DNA from: an uncultured Candidatus Saccharibacteria bacterium
GTDB lineage: Bacteria; Patescibacteriota; Saccharimonadia; Saccharimonadales; CAYGIR01
Assembly (NCBI GenBank): GCA_964349985.1
Contig: CAYGIR010000001.1
Location: 1-42,604 of the forward strand
Direction: 5' to 3'
DNA length: 42,604 nt
Of the stretch, positions 1-8,023 are shown piece after piece. Each line of letters starts with the position of its first letter. Position 1 is the stretch's first letter. The translations under genes were made by a program, and so were the position numbers. The notes under the pieces are model-generated. The model was not told where the DNA came from and ran no database searches. It saw only the letters and a list, made by a program, of their open reading frames with translations.

Positions 1-566
1 TCGTCCAGCGCGTACACCACACCGTCAACCCTGGCACGGGCAAATCCAGCCCGTTGGTACTGTTCTGGGATATGCTCAAACGCGCCTTTTTTGTCCACAA
101 CCACAGGTGCTAACACCATTAACTTGGCACCAGCCGGTAAAGCCGCGACCTGATCAACAATTGCCACGGTTGTTTGGCGCTCGACAGATTTATGACAAAC
201 AGAACAATGCGGAGTACCGATTCTGGCAAATAATAAACGCAGATAATCGTAAATTTCCGTAACTGTCGCGACCGTACTGCGCGGGTTACGACTGGTAGAT
301 TTTTGGTCAATAGAAATGGCCGGACTTAACCCGTCAATCTGATCCACGTCAGGCTTTTCCATCAAGCCCAAAAACTGCCGGGCGTAAGCCGAGAGCGACT
401 CCACGTAACGCCGTTGCCCTTCGGCGTAAATCGTATCAAAAGCCAGACTGGACTTGCCCGACCCGGAAAGACCGGTAATAACTACAAATTTATCACGCGG
501 GATAGTTACGTCAATATTTTTTAGATTGTGCTCACGAGCACCTTTTACTACTATAAAATCCGCCAT
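1..566 (-). CDS. uvrA: Excinuclease ABC subunit A (UvrA), N-terminal ~188 codons only; the rest lies beyond the window edge
   Basis: Not in the ORF track because it is open at the edge. My minus-strand translation from the ATG (complement of 564-566) gives [67 protein letters not shown]. This is the canonical UvrA N-terminus with Walker [10 protein letters not shown]. Confidence 0.9.
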   Translation of the reverse strand, partial: MADFIVVKGAREHNLKNIDVTIPRDKFVVITGLSGSGKSSLAFDTIYAEGQRRYVESLSAYARQFLGLMEKPDVDQIDGLSPAISIDQKSTSRNPRSTVATVTEIYDYLRLLFARIGTPHCSVCHKSVERQTTVAIVDQVAALPAGAKLMVLAPVVVDKKGAFEHIPEQYQRAGFARARVDGVVYALD

Positions 567-693
567 AAAGTCGGTGAATTATACACCAAAATCAAGAAAC
601 TTTCCACCCATATTACGTCGCACACAACGTCAAGCCATAATTTGTTTTACATAAATAGCACATCAGCCTATTATGGGTAATGGAGGATTTACA

Positions 694-1188
694 ATGGAAT
701 CAAATAACAAACAAACCGCAAGCTCGTCTGAGACCAACCAACGCATTTATGACTTTCTGAAAGCCTATCCAATAGGCGTGTTGTCCACTGTAGACCCAAA
801 CGGCAATCCGCACGCGGCGGTCATATATTTCACTGTTGACGAAGAATTCAACATTACGTTCGTTACCAAGCACGACACCAAAAAGTACGATAACTTAAAA
901 CGCCACAATCACGTCATGCTGGTAGCATTTGAGCCAGTTTCGCAGACCACTACCCAAATTACCGGAACAGTTGAAGAAATAACTGATGAGTCTGAGGCCC
1001 AGCGAGCATTTCATGACATGCTGGCAAATGCTGAAAAAACGAGCGAGGAAGGAGTTCCGCCGATCTCCAAACTATACGCCGGAGGTTATACAACTCTCCG
1101 CATAAAGCCCGTGCAAATCCGTATGGCGGTATTCATTCGCCCGGACCCAGGTGGTTATGATGACACCTACGAGACAATCGATTTCTAA
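694..1188 (+). CDS. Pyridoxamine 5'-phosphate oxidase-like (PNPOx/FMN-binding split-barrel) family protein
   Basis: The ORF 673-1188 contains IGVLSTVDPNGNPHAAVIYFTVDEEFNITFVTKHDTKKYDNLKRHNHVMLVAF, typical of the PNPOx-like general-stress family. The ATG at 694 is preferred because GGAGGA (682-687) lies 6 nt upstream. Confidence 0.7.
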   Translation: MESNNKQTASSSETNQRIYDFLKAYPIGVLSTVDPNGNPHAAVIYFTVDEEFNITFVTKHDTKKYDNLKRHNHVMLVAFEPVSQTTTQITGTVEEITDESEAQRAFHDMLANAEKTSEEGVPPISKLYAGGYTTLRIKPVQIRMAVFIRPDPGGYDDTYETIDF

Positions 1189-1201
1189 CATCTTGAAGGG
1201 T

Positions 1202-2074
1202 TTAGGATTTGGTGTAGTCGGTGTATTTGCTTGATGTGGGTTCAATGCGGATTATTGTAAATGCGCCTTCTTTTAGCATAGTTACTGGCGGGAGGCGCAT
1301 CGCGCCGTTATAAGGACGTGGTTTTACGATTTCGCTAAATACATAGTCCTTGATCTTCTGGTCAGTTTCAAATTCAGCATGACCTTGAATGTTAAGCGTT
1401 TGTGCCGTACTTGCCTCGAATATCGTTATTGCCACTTGACTGTGACTTAATACATTACGGGCTTTTGCCGTACCTTGTTTGGTTAAAATATAAATACGGT
1501 TCAACTCATCAACCAAATAATATACTACCGCGCCATAAACATTGCCGGTGCGATCCGCCGAAGAAAACACGGCGATGTCATGCTCTTTCAAAAAAACCAA
1601 AGCTTGCTTGTCGAGAAATGGCATAGAATTAACGACAGTTTTTGATGGTGCTTGCGTTGTAGCTACCGGTGTACCATTATCGGTCTCCAAACGACGAGAC
1701 TCTATGTATCTAACAAAGTGCTGGGCGCATTTGAGATTGACATATCGCAAAGTGTAATCCGCAATTCGAGTATGCAACACGACTGTATTAAATAACCCGC
1801 TTTGGTTGAGTTTGACACCAGAAACAACATCGTAAGTAAGCTCATCATTCGTAGTAAACAGTGGCTTGCGATCCAGGAATATAACCCGATGATTAGTAGC
1901 TACAAGCATAGCCGACCCAACTCCAAATTGCCCGTACACCGCACCGCCAATATGTTCTGTCTCATGAATAATCTGTGGCAAATAACGGCTTTCGGCTTTA
2001 ATAAGTCCGTATCCAGTAACCCCTGCTTTGATTAACTCGTTTTTAACTCTCTTGGCGTGTTCTTTACTTATCAT
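1202..2074 (-). CDS. Two-domain protein: N-terminal bacterial PH-like domain fused to a C-terminal PNPOx-like domain
   Basis: The N-terminal half (GGAVYGQFGVGSAMLVATNHRVIFLDRKPLFTTNDELTYDVVSGVKLNQSGLFNTVVLHT) looks like a bPH/YdbT-type PH domain. The C-terminal half (FLKEHDIAVFSSADRTGNVYGAVVYYLVDELNRIYILTKQGTAKARNVL) is PNPOx-like. Confidence 0.55.
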   Translation of the reverse strand: MISKEHAKRVKNELIKAGVTGYGLIKAESRYLPQIIHETEHIGGAVYGQFGVGSAMLVATNHRVIFLDRKPLFTTNDELTYDVVSGVKLNQSGLFNTVVLHTRIADYTLRYVNLKCAQHFVRYIESRRLETDNGTPVATTQAPSKTVVNSMPFLDKQALVFLKEHDIAVFSSADRTGNVYGAVVYYLVDELNRIYILTKQGTAKARNVLSHSQVAITIFEASTAQTLNIQGHAEFETDQKIKDYVFSEIVKPRPYNGAMRLPPVTMLKEGAFTIIRIEPTSSKYTDYTKS

Positions 2075-2091
2075 TCTCTAATTATACTCCG

Positions 2092-4113
2092 TTAAAGTCT
2101 GATTTTTCGTAATAATTGAGCGTTGGCGGCAACAATTATGGTTGAAAGCGACATCAAAACCGCTCCGACGGCCGGTGACAAAACAAAACCTAAGCCAGCG
2201 GTTACTCCAGTAGCCAGCGGAATTGTAATTACATTATAGCCAACTGCCCAGCCAAGATTTTGAGTCATTTTGCGGTAAGTGGCTTTGGAGAGTTTGACGG
2301 TTTTGGCTACGCCGCGAGGATCGCTACTGGCAAGGACAACACCGGCTGACTCTATGGCGACATCAGTTCCGGCGCCAATCGCGATTCCTACATCGGCCTG
2401 CGTTAGCGCTGGCGCGTCATTGACGCCATCACCAACCATGGCGACTCGGCTACCATCGGTTTGTAATTTTTTAACAACATCGGCCTTATGTTCTGGCAGA
2501 ACTTCGGCGAAATATTCATCAATACCAAGTTCTTTGGCAACCCAGACGGCCACGCCTTTGGCATCGCCAGTCAGCATAGCAACTCGTTTACCAGCTTGTT
2601 TAAGAGAATTAACGGCTTGTTTGGACTCTGGACGAATGACATCCGCCAGCATGATTGCGCCCAATACTACTGTACCCGCAACTACGTAAACTACTGTCTT
2701 TCCAGACGTGTCAGCTTGCCTGGCAGTTTTTCGCACGTCCTCGTCCATGGTCTTGATCTTTAATTCCTCTAGTAAGCGTGGTCCACCAATCGATACGATT
2801 TTGCCATCCACGTTCGCCCTTGCTCCACGCCCAGATAGTGCCGAAAATCCCGTGACTTTTAGTGTTTTAAGTTTACGTTCTTTGGCCGATGATACAATCG
2901 CTCGAGCAATAGGATGCTCAGAGTCAGCCTCAACCGCGGCTGCCAACGTCAAAAGTTCATTGTTATCACCGCTGGTGCTGATAATATCCACCACGCCCTG
3001 CTCGCCCTTGGTTAGCGTGCCGGTTTTGTCAAATAACACGACATCTATATTGCGAGCCGCCTCCAACGCCATACGTTCCCTGATAAGTAATCCGTTTTTA
3101 GCGGCAAGAGTAGTTGAGATAGCCGTAACTAATGGTATTGCTAGGCCCAATGCGTGCGGACAGGCTATAACTAAAACCGTTACCACTCGCTCCAAAATAA
3201 AAGCCGCTGAACGATCCGACAACAACAACCAGCCAAACAATGTCAGCAGTGCCGCGCCAATCGCCACGAAGGTTAAATAAAAAGCCGCTCTATCGGCTAG
3301 AATTTGAGTTTTGGATTTGCTGTTTTGGGCATCAGCAACCAGTTTGATAATTCCTGCCAGAGCGGTATCATTGCCAATTTTGGTAACCTTTACCGTTAGC
3401 GATCCGCTACCGTTGGCCGTGCCGCCAATCACTGCGTCGCCAATCTGTTTTTTGACGGGTTTTGATTCACCGGTGAGCATTGATTGATTTACGTCAGATT
3501 CGCCTTTTATAACCAGGCCGTCGATTGGAACATTGGCTCCCGGACGAATTAATATAATATCTCCGACTTTCAGTTCGCCGACCGTTACTTTGCTCGTACC
3601 GCCACTGGTAACAACTTCCGCCTCATCGGGTAATAACTTTGCCAGTTCCTTGAGCGCGCCTTGAGCATTCATAACTGATGCCATTTCCAGCCAGTGCCCC
3701 AGTAGCATAATTGTTACCAGCGTTGCCAGCTCCCACCAAAAATCCATACCATCAACCAGCTTCAAACTAACCGCCAGGCTATAGCCAAAAGCGACGGTTA
3801 TAGCCATAGATATCAAAGTCATCATACCAGGCAAACGGGCCGCTAACTCGGCTCTGGCACCTTTCAGAAAAACCATCCCGCCATAGAAAAATATCACGAT
3901 TCCCAAGACTGTTGGCAACCACTCGCTTCCAACAAACTCTGGCATCGTAAAGTTCAGCAACTCCATGATGGTATGCGAATACAAAAGCGTCGGTATGGTC
4001 AGAGCGAAGCTCAACCAAAACTTTTGCTTGAACATCTGCGGACTATGCCCAGCATGCTTATCGTGCTGGCTATGATCATGCTCCATTTCATGATGGTGGT
4101 GTGTTTGATTCAT
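2092..4113 (-). CDS. copB: P1B-type heavy-metal (copper) translocating ATPase, CopB-like, with a CPH motif and a His-rich N-terminus
   Basis: Motifs present: DKTGTLT phosphorylation site, GDGVNDAP hinge, TGES actuator motif, and membrane motif ACPHALGLAIP (CPH rather than CPC). The N-terminus MNQTHHHHEMEHDHSQHDKHAGHS replaces an HMA domain. Confidence 0.9.
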   Translation of the reverse strand: MNQTHHHHEMEHDHSQHDKHAGHSPQMFKQKFWLSFALTIPTLLYSHTIMELLNFTMPEFVGSEWLPTVLGIVIFFYGGMVFLKGARAELAARLPGMMTLISMAITVAFGYSLAVSLKLVDGMDFWWELATLVTIMLLGHWLEMASVMNAQGALKELAKLLPDEAEVVTSGGTSKVTVGELKVGDIILIRPGANVPIDGLVIKGESDVNQSMLTGESKPVKKQIGDAVIGGTANGSGSLTVKVTKIGNDTALAGIIKLVADAQNSKSKTQILADRAAFYLTFVAIGAALLTLFGWLLLSDRSAAFILERVVTVLVIACPHALGLAIPLVTAISTTLAAKNGLLIRERMALEAARNIDVVLFDKTGTLTKGEQGVVDIISTSGDNNELLTLAAAVEADSEHPIARAIVSSAKERKLKTLKVTGFSALSGRGARANVDGKIVSIGGPRLLEELKIKTMDEDVRKTARQADTSGKTVVYVVAGTVVLGAIMLADVIRPESKQAVNSLKQAGKRVAMLTGDAKGVAVWVAKELGIDEYFAEVLPEHKADVVKKLQTDGSRVAMVGDGVNDAPALTQADVGIAIGAGTDVAIESAGVVLASSDPRGVAKTVKLSKATYRKMTQNLGWAVGYNVITIPLATGVTAGLGFVLSPAVGAVLMSLSTIIVAANAQLLRKIRL

Positions 4114-5019
4114 TTATTTATGTCTCTCTTTACCTTGATACTCAATTTCTCTAGGGTCTTTTTCTTCTAAATTATCGTCCTCGACTTGGATCGTTGATAA
4201 AGTAAAACCATACTTAGTTTCCAGTATCGCTTTAGCTTCTTGTAGAACGCGACTCGAATTTTTAACATCATCGATAACTAAATGACCAGAAAATGTTTCT
4301 ATACCACCACCGACAGTACGAGCATGTAGGTGGTGTACCTCCGAGACGCCATTGATAGCTCTTAGCTCAGTTGCAATTTTTAACATGTCTTTACTGGCGG
4401 GTGTCATGTCAAACAAAATTCGCACCGAATCTCTGATAATTCCATAAGCCGCGTAAATTAATATGATCGCGAACGCCAGACCGGCCCAGGTATCGGCTTC
4501 GTAAATTTGACCCACCGTAATAAAAATCGCGGCGATAATTACCGCGATACTGCCAAGAAACGCGTTCATGACATGCCAGAAAGCCCCGCGAATATTGAGA
4601 TTGTTTTTTTGCCCCTTATACATAATGAACAATGAAGCAATCTCGAGACCAATCCCACCGAACGCCATAGCAAACATCGGTGTGGCACTCATCTCTATGG
4701 GGTTAGCTAGTCTATCAATACCACGAAAGATAATAAATCCGGCCATTCCAAGCAACAAAACACCGTTTATAAAAGCGGCGATTGTTTCGGCTCTACGGAA
4801 ACCAAAGGTGTGTTTTGCCGTTGGTTTTTGATGAGTTAGACGTATGGCGATTAAGGAAACCCCGATGGCTACGACCGTCGATAATTCATGGGCGGCATCC
4901 GCGAGTAGCGACAAACTACCAGTTACCAAGGCTACGGTTATTTCTGCGATGAAGTAAAGAAAGATCAGAACCGCACTGATCTTGAGTGCTTTTACGTTTG
5001 TGTTAGATCCATGATCCAC
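4114..5019 (-). CDS. Cation diffusion facilitator (CDF) family metal efflux transporter
   Basis: Six predicted TM helices plus a C-terminal cytoplasmic domain. SLSLLADAAHELS (TM2) and RGAFWHVMNAFLGS (TM5) align to CDF signature helices. GTG start (5017-5019) with AAGGAG 7 nt upstream. Its stop abuts the copB start. Confidence 0.85.
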   Translation of the reverse strand: MDHGSNTNVKALKISAVLIFLYFIAEITVALVTGSLSLLADAAHELSTVVAIGVSLIAIRLTHQKPTAKHTFGFRRAETIAAFINGVLLLGMAGFIIFRGIDRLANPIEMSATPMFAMAFGGIGLEIASLFIMYKGQKNNLNIRGAFWHVMNAFLGSIAVIIAAIFITVGQIYEADTWAGLAFAIILIYAAYGIIRDSVRILFDMTPASKDMLKIATELRAINGVSEVHHLHARTVGGGIETFSGHLVIDDVKNSSRVLQEAKAILETKYGFTLSTIQVEDDNLEEKDPREIEYQGKERHK

Positions 5020-5075
5020 GTGTAGTCTCCTTCGACTTTGCTACTAGAACAGTTAGCCCTTTTTTTACAAAACAC

Positions 5076-5258
5076 CTATTGCTTACGGTCATCCTTATTA
5101 TGATTATGACCCATCAATGTCATCATACCTAACATCATCAAAGGACAGATGAGTAATGCTAGCCCAAAACCCCTACCAATATTGAATGCTGGACCAAAAA
5201 ATAACAGTAGCACGGCCAGTATTACTAGTATGATCATTATGGTGTTGTGCGTTTTCAT
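5076..5258 (-). CDS. Small two-TM membrane protein (DUF2933-like) of metal-resistance operons
   Basis: 60 aa with two hydrophobic helices, the motif LLICPLMMLGMMTLMGHNH and a charged tail. It sits inside the metal cassette. Confidence 0.5.
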   Translation of the reverse strand: MKTHNTIMIILVILAVLLLFFGPAFNIGRGFGLALLICPLMMLGMMTLMGHNHNKDDRKQ

Positions 5259-5268
5259 AGTGTTCCCC

Positions 5269-5697
5269 TTAATGCATCATCTGCATGGTTTCGTCAGCGG
5301 TGTAACCCCAGTCTTTTTGCCACTGGCGCATATCGGTAATTTCTTTGGTTTGAGCCGATATCACGGCTTCGCCGAGTTTTTTAATTTCATCATGTTTGGC
5401 ACGAGCGGGGATTAATTTGGCCATATCAATCGCGCCTTCGTGATGGCTAATCATCATTTCTATAAAGGTTTTATCAAACTCATCACCACTTTTGTCACGC
5501 AACTGTCCGGACATTTCCGTCATAGGCATTTCACCGTGATTGCTAGCTACCGGTTGATGGCTATGATTAGTATTCATGCCCATAGTATTCATTAGGGAAT
5601 GGTTGTCGTTATTAACAACAAAAACAGCGGTTGTACCGGCAATAATTACGCCTGCAAGCAGTCCAAGGACCCCATATAATATTGATTCGTTTTTCAT
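5269..5697 (-). CDS. DUF305 family protein (secreted or membrane-anchored helical-bundle metal-related protein)
   Basis: N-terminal TM/signal sequence, a Met/His-rich linker (MNTMGMNTNHSHQPVASNHGEMPMTEM), and the DUF305 core FDKTFIEMMISHHEGAIDMAKL...HDEIKKLGEAVISAQTKEITDMRQW. Confidence 0.75.
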   Translation of the reverse strand: MKNESILYGVLGLLAGVIIAGTTAVFVVNNDNHSLMNTMGMNTNHSHQPVASNHGEMPMTEMSGQLRDKSGDEFDKTFIEMMISHHEGAIDMAKLIPARAKHDEIKKLGEAVISAQTKEITDMRQWQKDWGYTADETMQMMH

Positions 5698-5709
5698 GAC
5701 TTTGCTCCT

Positions 5710-5994
5710 TTATTTACTTCTTATATTTGATATCTCATACAAACCCAGTAGCTCCTCAATGGCCTGTTCTTGAGCTTTTGCTGAGTCGGAACTAAGTTTT
5801 TCTTTGATGTGCGTACGCACATGGTTCTCAAGTATGAGCTTATTTAGCGAACCCGTAGATTTTTGAATAGCTAGGCTCTGGGTCAGTATGTCCATACAAT
5901 AATCTTCGTTTTCAATCATCTTTTGAAGACCACGCATTTGACCCTCTAATATTTTTGCTCTGTGTAACGCTCGTCGCTTAATATCCTGAATCAT
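5710..5994 (-). CDS. CsoR/RcnR-family (DUF156) metal-sensing transcriptional repressor
   Basis: RAKILEGQMRGLQKMIENEDYCMDILTQSLAIQ...LILENHVRTHI matches the CsoR helix pattern (RIEGQ.RG...M.E....C.DIL.Q). It is the first gene of the metal cassette. Confidence 0.85.
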   Translation of the reverse strand: MIQDIKRRALHRAKILEGQMRGLQKMIENEDYCMDILTQSLAIQKSTGSLNKLILENHVRTHIKEKLSSDSAKAQEQAIEELLGLYEISNIRSK

Positions 5995-6002
5995 GCTCTG
6001 AT

Positions 6003-6030
6003 ACTATACCCCCCAGAGGTATCAAGTCAA
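6003..6030 (-). promoter_or_regulatory. Promoter of the metal cassette with an embedded CsoR-type operator
   Basis: The minus strand reads TTGACT-16 nt-TATAGT. The spacer holds the inverted repeat ATACC-TCTGGGG-GGTAT (6006-6022), a GC-tract palindrome of the kind bound by CsoR repressors. The -10 ends only 8 nt before the csoR-like ATG, so the transcript would be near-leaderless. Confidence 0.6.
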
Positions 6031-6080
6031 GCCTAATTCAATACAATAAAACCCATGCAAGGGTCAGACTCTCGCATTAT

Positions 6081-6533
6081 ATGTGGGGTTTGGGAATTTA
6101 TTGGTATAAACTATTAGTTATGAAGCATGTTTTTCGATTTTGGCAAATAATTGTGATTGATATTTTGGGTTTCATTTTTATGATTGCAGCCTTATTGACG
6201 GGCTGGCTACCAGGCCCGGGAGGTATCCCGTTGTTTCTGATAGGACTCGGATTATTTGCTCTAAATCACGATTGGGCTAAACAACATATTGATCTGGCCA
6301 AAAAATACGCCGATCATATCGGTGATTTAGTTTTTATTGATAAACCACGCGTACAATTAGCTTACGACATTATTACTCCGATAATAATTACCGGTGGCAT
6401 TCTGCTACTAATGGAACATGCCAACTTTTGGATACTATGGCTTGGATTTTTTCTAACCTTTTTGGGTGCAACCATCTTACTTGCAAATAGACACAGATAC
6501 CGCAACCTCAAGCGTCGTATCATAAAAAAATAA
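6081..6533 (+). CDS. PGPGW-domain small membrane protein
   Basis: Contains LTGWLPGPGGIPLFLIGLGLFALNHDW plus further TM helices. The true start may be the ATG at 6120 (MKHVF...). Confidence 0.55.
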   Translation: MWGLGIYWYKLLVMKHVFRFWQIIVIDILGFIFMIAALLTGWLPGPGGIPLFLIGLGLFALNHDWAKQHIDLAKKYADHIGDLVFIDKPRVQLAYDIITPIIITGGILLLMEHANFWILWLGFFLTFLGATILLANRHRYRNLKRRIIKK

Positions 6534-6549
6534 ATTTGCTATACAGATG

Positions 6550-7998
6550 TTAGTTAGCGGACATGATTATTTGTCCCCACAGCTGCAGTTCCTCTAGTAA
6601 ATATTGCCGTTGTTTTGTTGTGTCGGGTAACCTTGCTTGCTCTTCTAACTCCATAAAATATCGCATCAACCGATTATTATCACCTGATTCCAGTAATTTA
6701 TGTTTTTTATACTCTTCGAAATGACTATAAATATCGTCTGATTGCTGTTTTGAGTAGTTTTTACTGATATATAGCGGTAATAAGCTGTTTAGCCGAGCGT
6801 CTTGAAATTTCCCCATGTAATTGACCAGGTTTTCTGGGTCCGCCACCACAAGCTTTTTGCTTAATCGCTTATCAGCGTCTGGAATAAAACTATCATACAG
6901 GGCAGCTTCGGGAACTTGTTCTTCATTAAATTTCCCAGCTTGCGCTTGATCTACGCTATCCAATACTTTGATAAATTTTGTATATAGCTTGTCTTTTATC
7001 TTGAGTAATGCAATCTGATGATCATTAATCTGATCCAGGTCAATAGCCAATCTTTTTTGGCTGGCTTGATCTATGACGTTGATTGGTGCCACGGCTGGAC
7101 ATCTATTGAATTGCATTATTTTCAAAGGTATACGGGAGTGCGAGCAAGGTCGCTCCGAGCAGCGATGTTGCCAGCGTTCTAAAAATTCTGCATCACTAAG
7201 TTTTAGTAACTCATCCGGGCTGAAACGTAAATCATAAACTATTACTGCTTGTTTTTTGGGATGCGTCCCCAACACCATTGCCACCGTTGTATGCAAAAAT
7301 GTACTGGAATACTTTCCGCTAGTATAAGTAAAAGGCCCAGGGGTAGTGATCAGCTTCGAAACCAGTTTTTTGTCTCTGTATCGCAATAGATGGTCAAATA
7401 ACTTTGGTTGTTTCTGGCGCAATAACCTGGCTAATTCAATCGTGGCGTTCACGTCACTTAGAGCATCATGTGCTTTATTATGATTGAGGTTGTTGATGCT
7501 TGCCAAATCCTCCAGACGATTGGAGGGTTTACCCTGAGCGGAGTCGAAGGGCCACTTTATGCCATCTGGACGTAACGCCCGTGTCATGCGAACAACATCC
7601 AGCAAATCCCAACGGGAACGCCCATCTAACCAATGCCATTCGTAAGCGTCGTAAAAATTCCGATAATTCAAGAACCTGATGAATTCATCATCAAACCGAA
7701 TATTATTGAAGCCAACAAAAATAGTGCCCGGGGTGGCAATTTCCCGATGAAAGATTGTCAGAAATTCCGCTTCTGTCAGTCCATCGGCAACAGTCATTTG
7801 TGGAGTAATACCAGTTAGCAACACCGCGGTTGGGTCTGGCAGAACGTCCTCCGTTAATTTAATTAGGAAATTATGTGGCTCTCCAATTTCCCGCAAATTC
7901 GCGTCCGTCCTTTGCCCACCAAACTGCATAATACGCTGCTCTCTGGGGCTAAAGCCAGATGTCTCCAAATCATAAAAGTAGAAAGTCGAACTCTGCAT
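6550..7998 (-). CDS. sbcB: Exodeoxyribonuclease I (SbcB)
   Basis: FYFYDLETSGFSPREQRIMQFGGQRTD (Exo I motif), FVGFNNIRFDDEF (Exo II), HDALSDV (Exo III) and the long SH3-like/helical C-terminal part. The start is set at MQSSTF (7998) to avoid the 35-nt overlap with obg implied by the track ORF. Confidence 0.8.
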   Translation of the reverse strand: MQSSTFYFYDLETSGFSPREQRIMQFGGQRTDANLREIGEPHNFLIKLTEDVLPDPTAVLLTGITPQMTVADGLTEAEFLTIFHREIATPGTIFVGFNNIRFDDEFIRFLNYRNFYDAYEWHWLDGRSRWDLLDVVRMTRALRPDGIKWPFDSAQGKPSNRLEDLASINNLNHNKAHDALSDVNATIELARLLRQKQPKLFDHLLRYRDKKLVSKLITTPGPFTYTSGKYSSTFLHTTVAMVLGTHPKKQAVIVYDLRFSPDELLKLSDAEFLERWQHRCSERPCSHSRIPLKIMQFNRCPAVAPINVIDQASQKRLAIDLDQINDHQIALLKIKDKLYTKFIKVLDSVDQAQAGKFNEEQVPEAALYDSFIPDADKRLSKKLVVADPENLVNYMGKFQDARLNSLLPLYISKNYSKQQSDDIYSHFEEYKKHKLLESGDNNRLMRYFMELEEQARLPDTTKQRQYLLEELQLWGQIIMSAN

Positions 7999-8023
7999 AC
8001 TGTTGATGATACACTTTTTATAG

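Noticed and set aside
2279-3280. Long plus-strand ORFs (136, 91 and 190 aa) inside the P-type ATPase gene. Similar antisense ORFs occur inside alaS, the 568-aa gene, the alpha/beta genes and the 282-aa gene.
   Set aside because: They lie fully antisense to genes with unmistakable family motifs. They are low-complexity (Ser/Thr/Ala/Pro-rich) with no RBS or family resemblance, so they are typical shadow ORFs.
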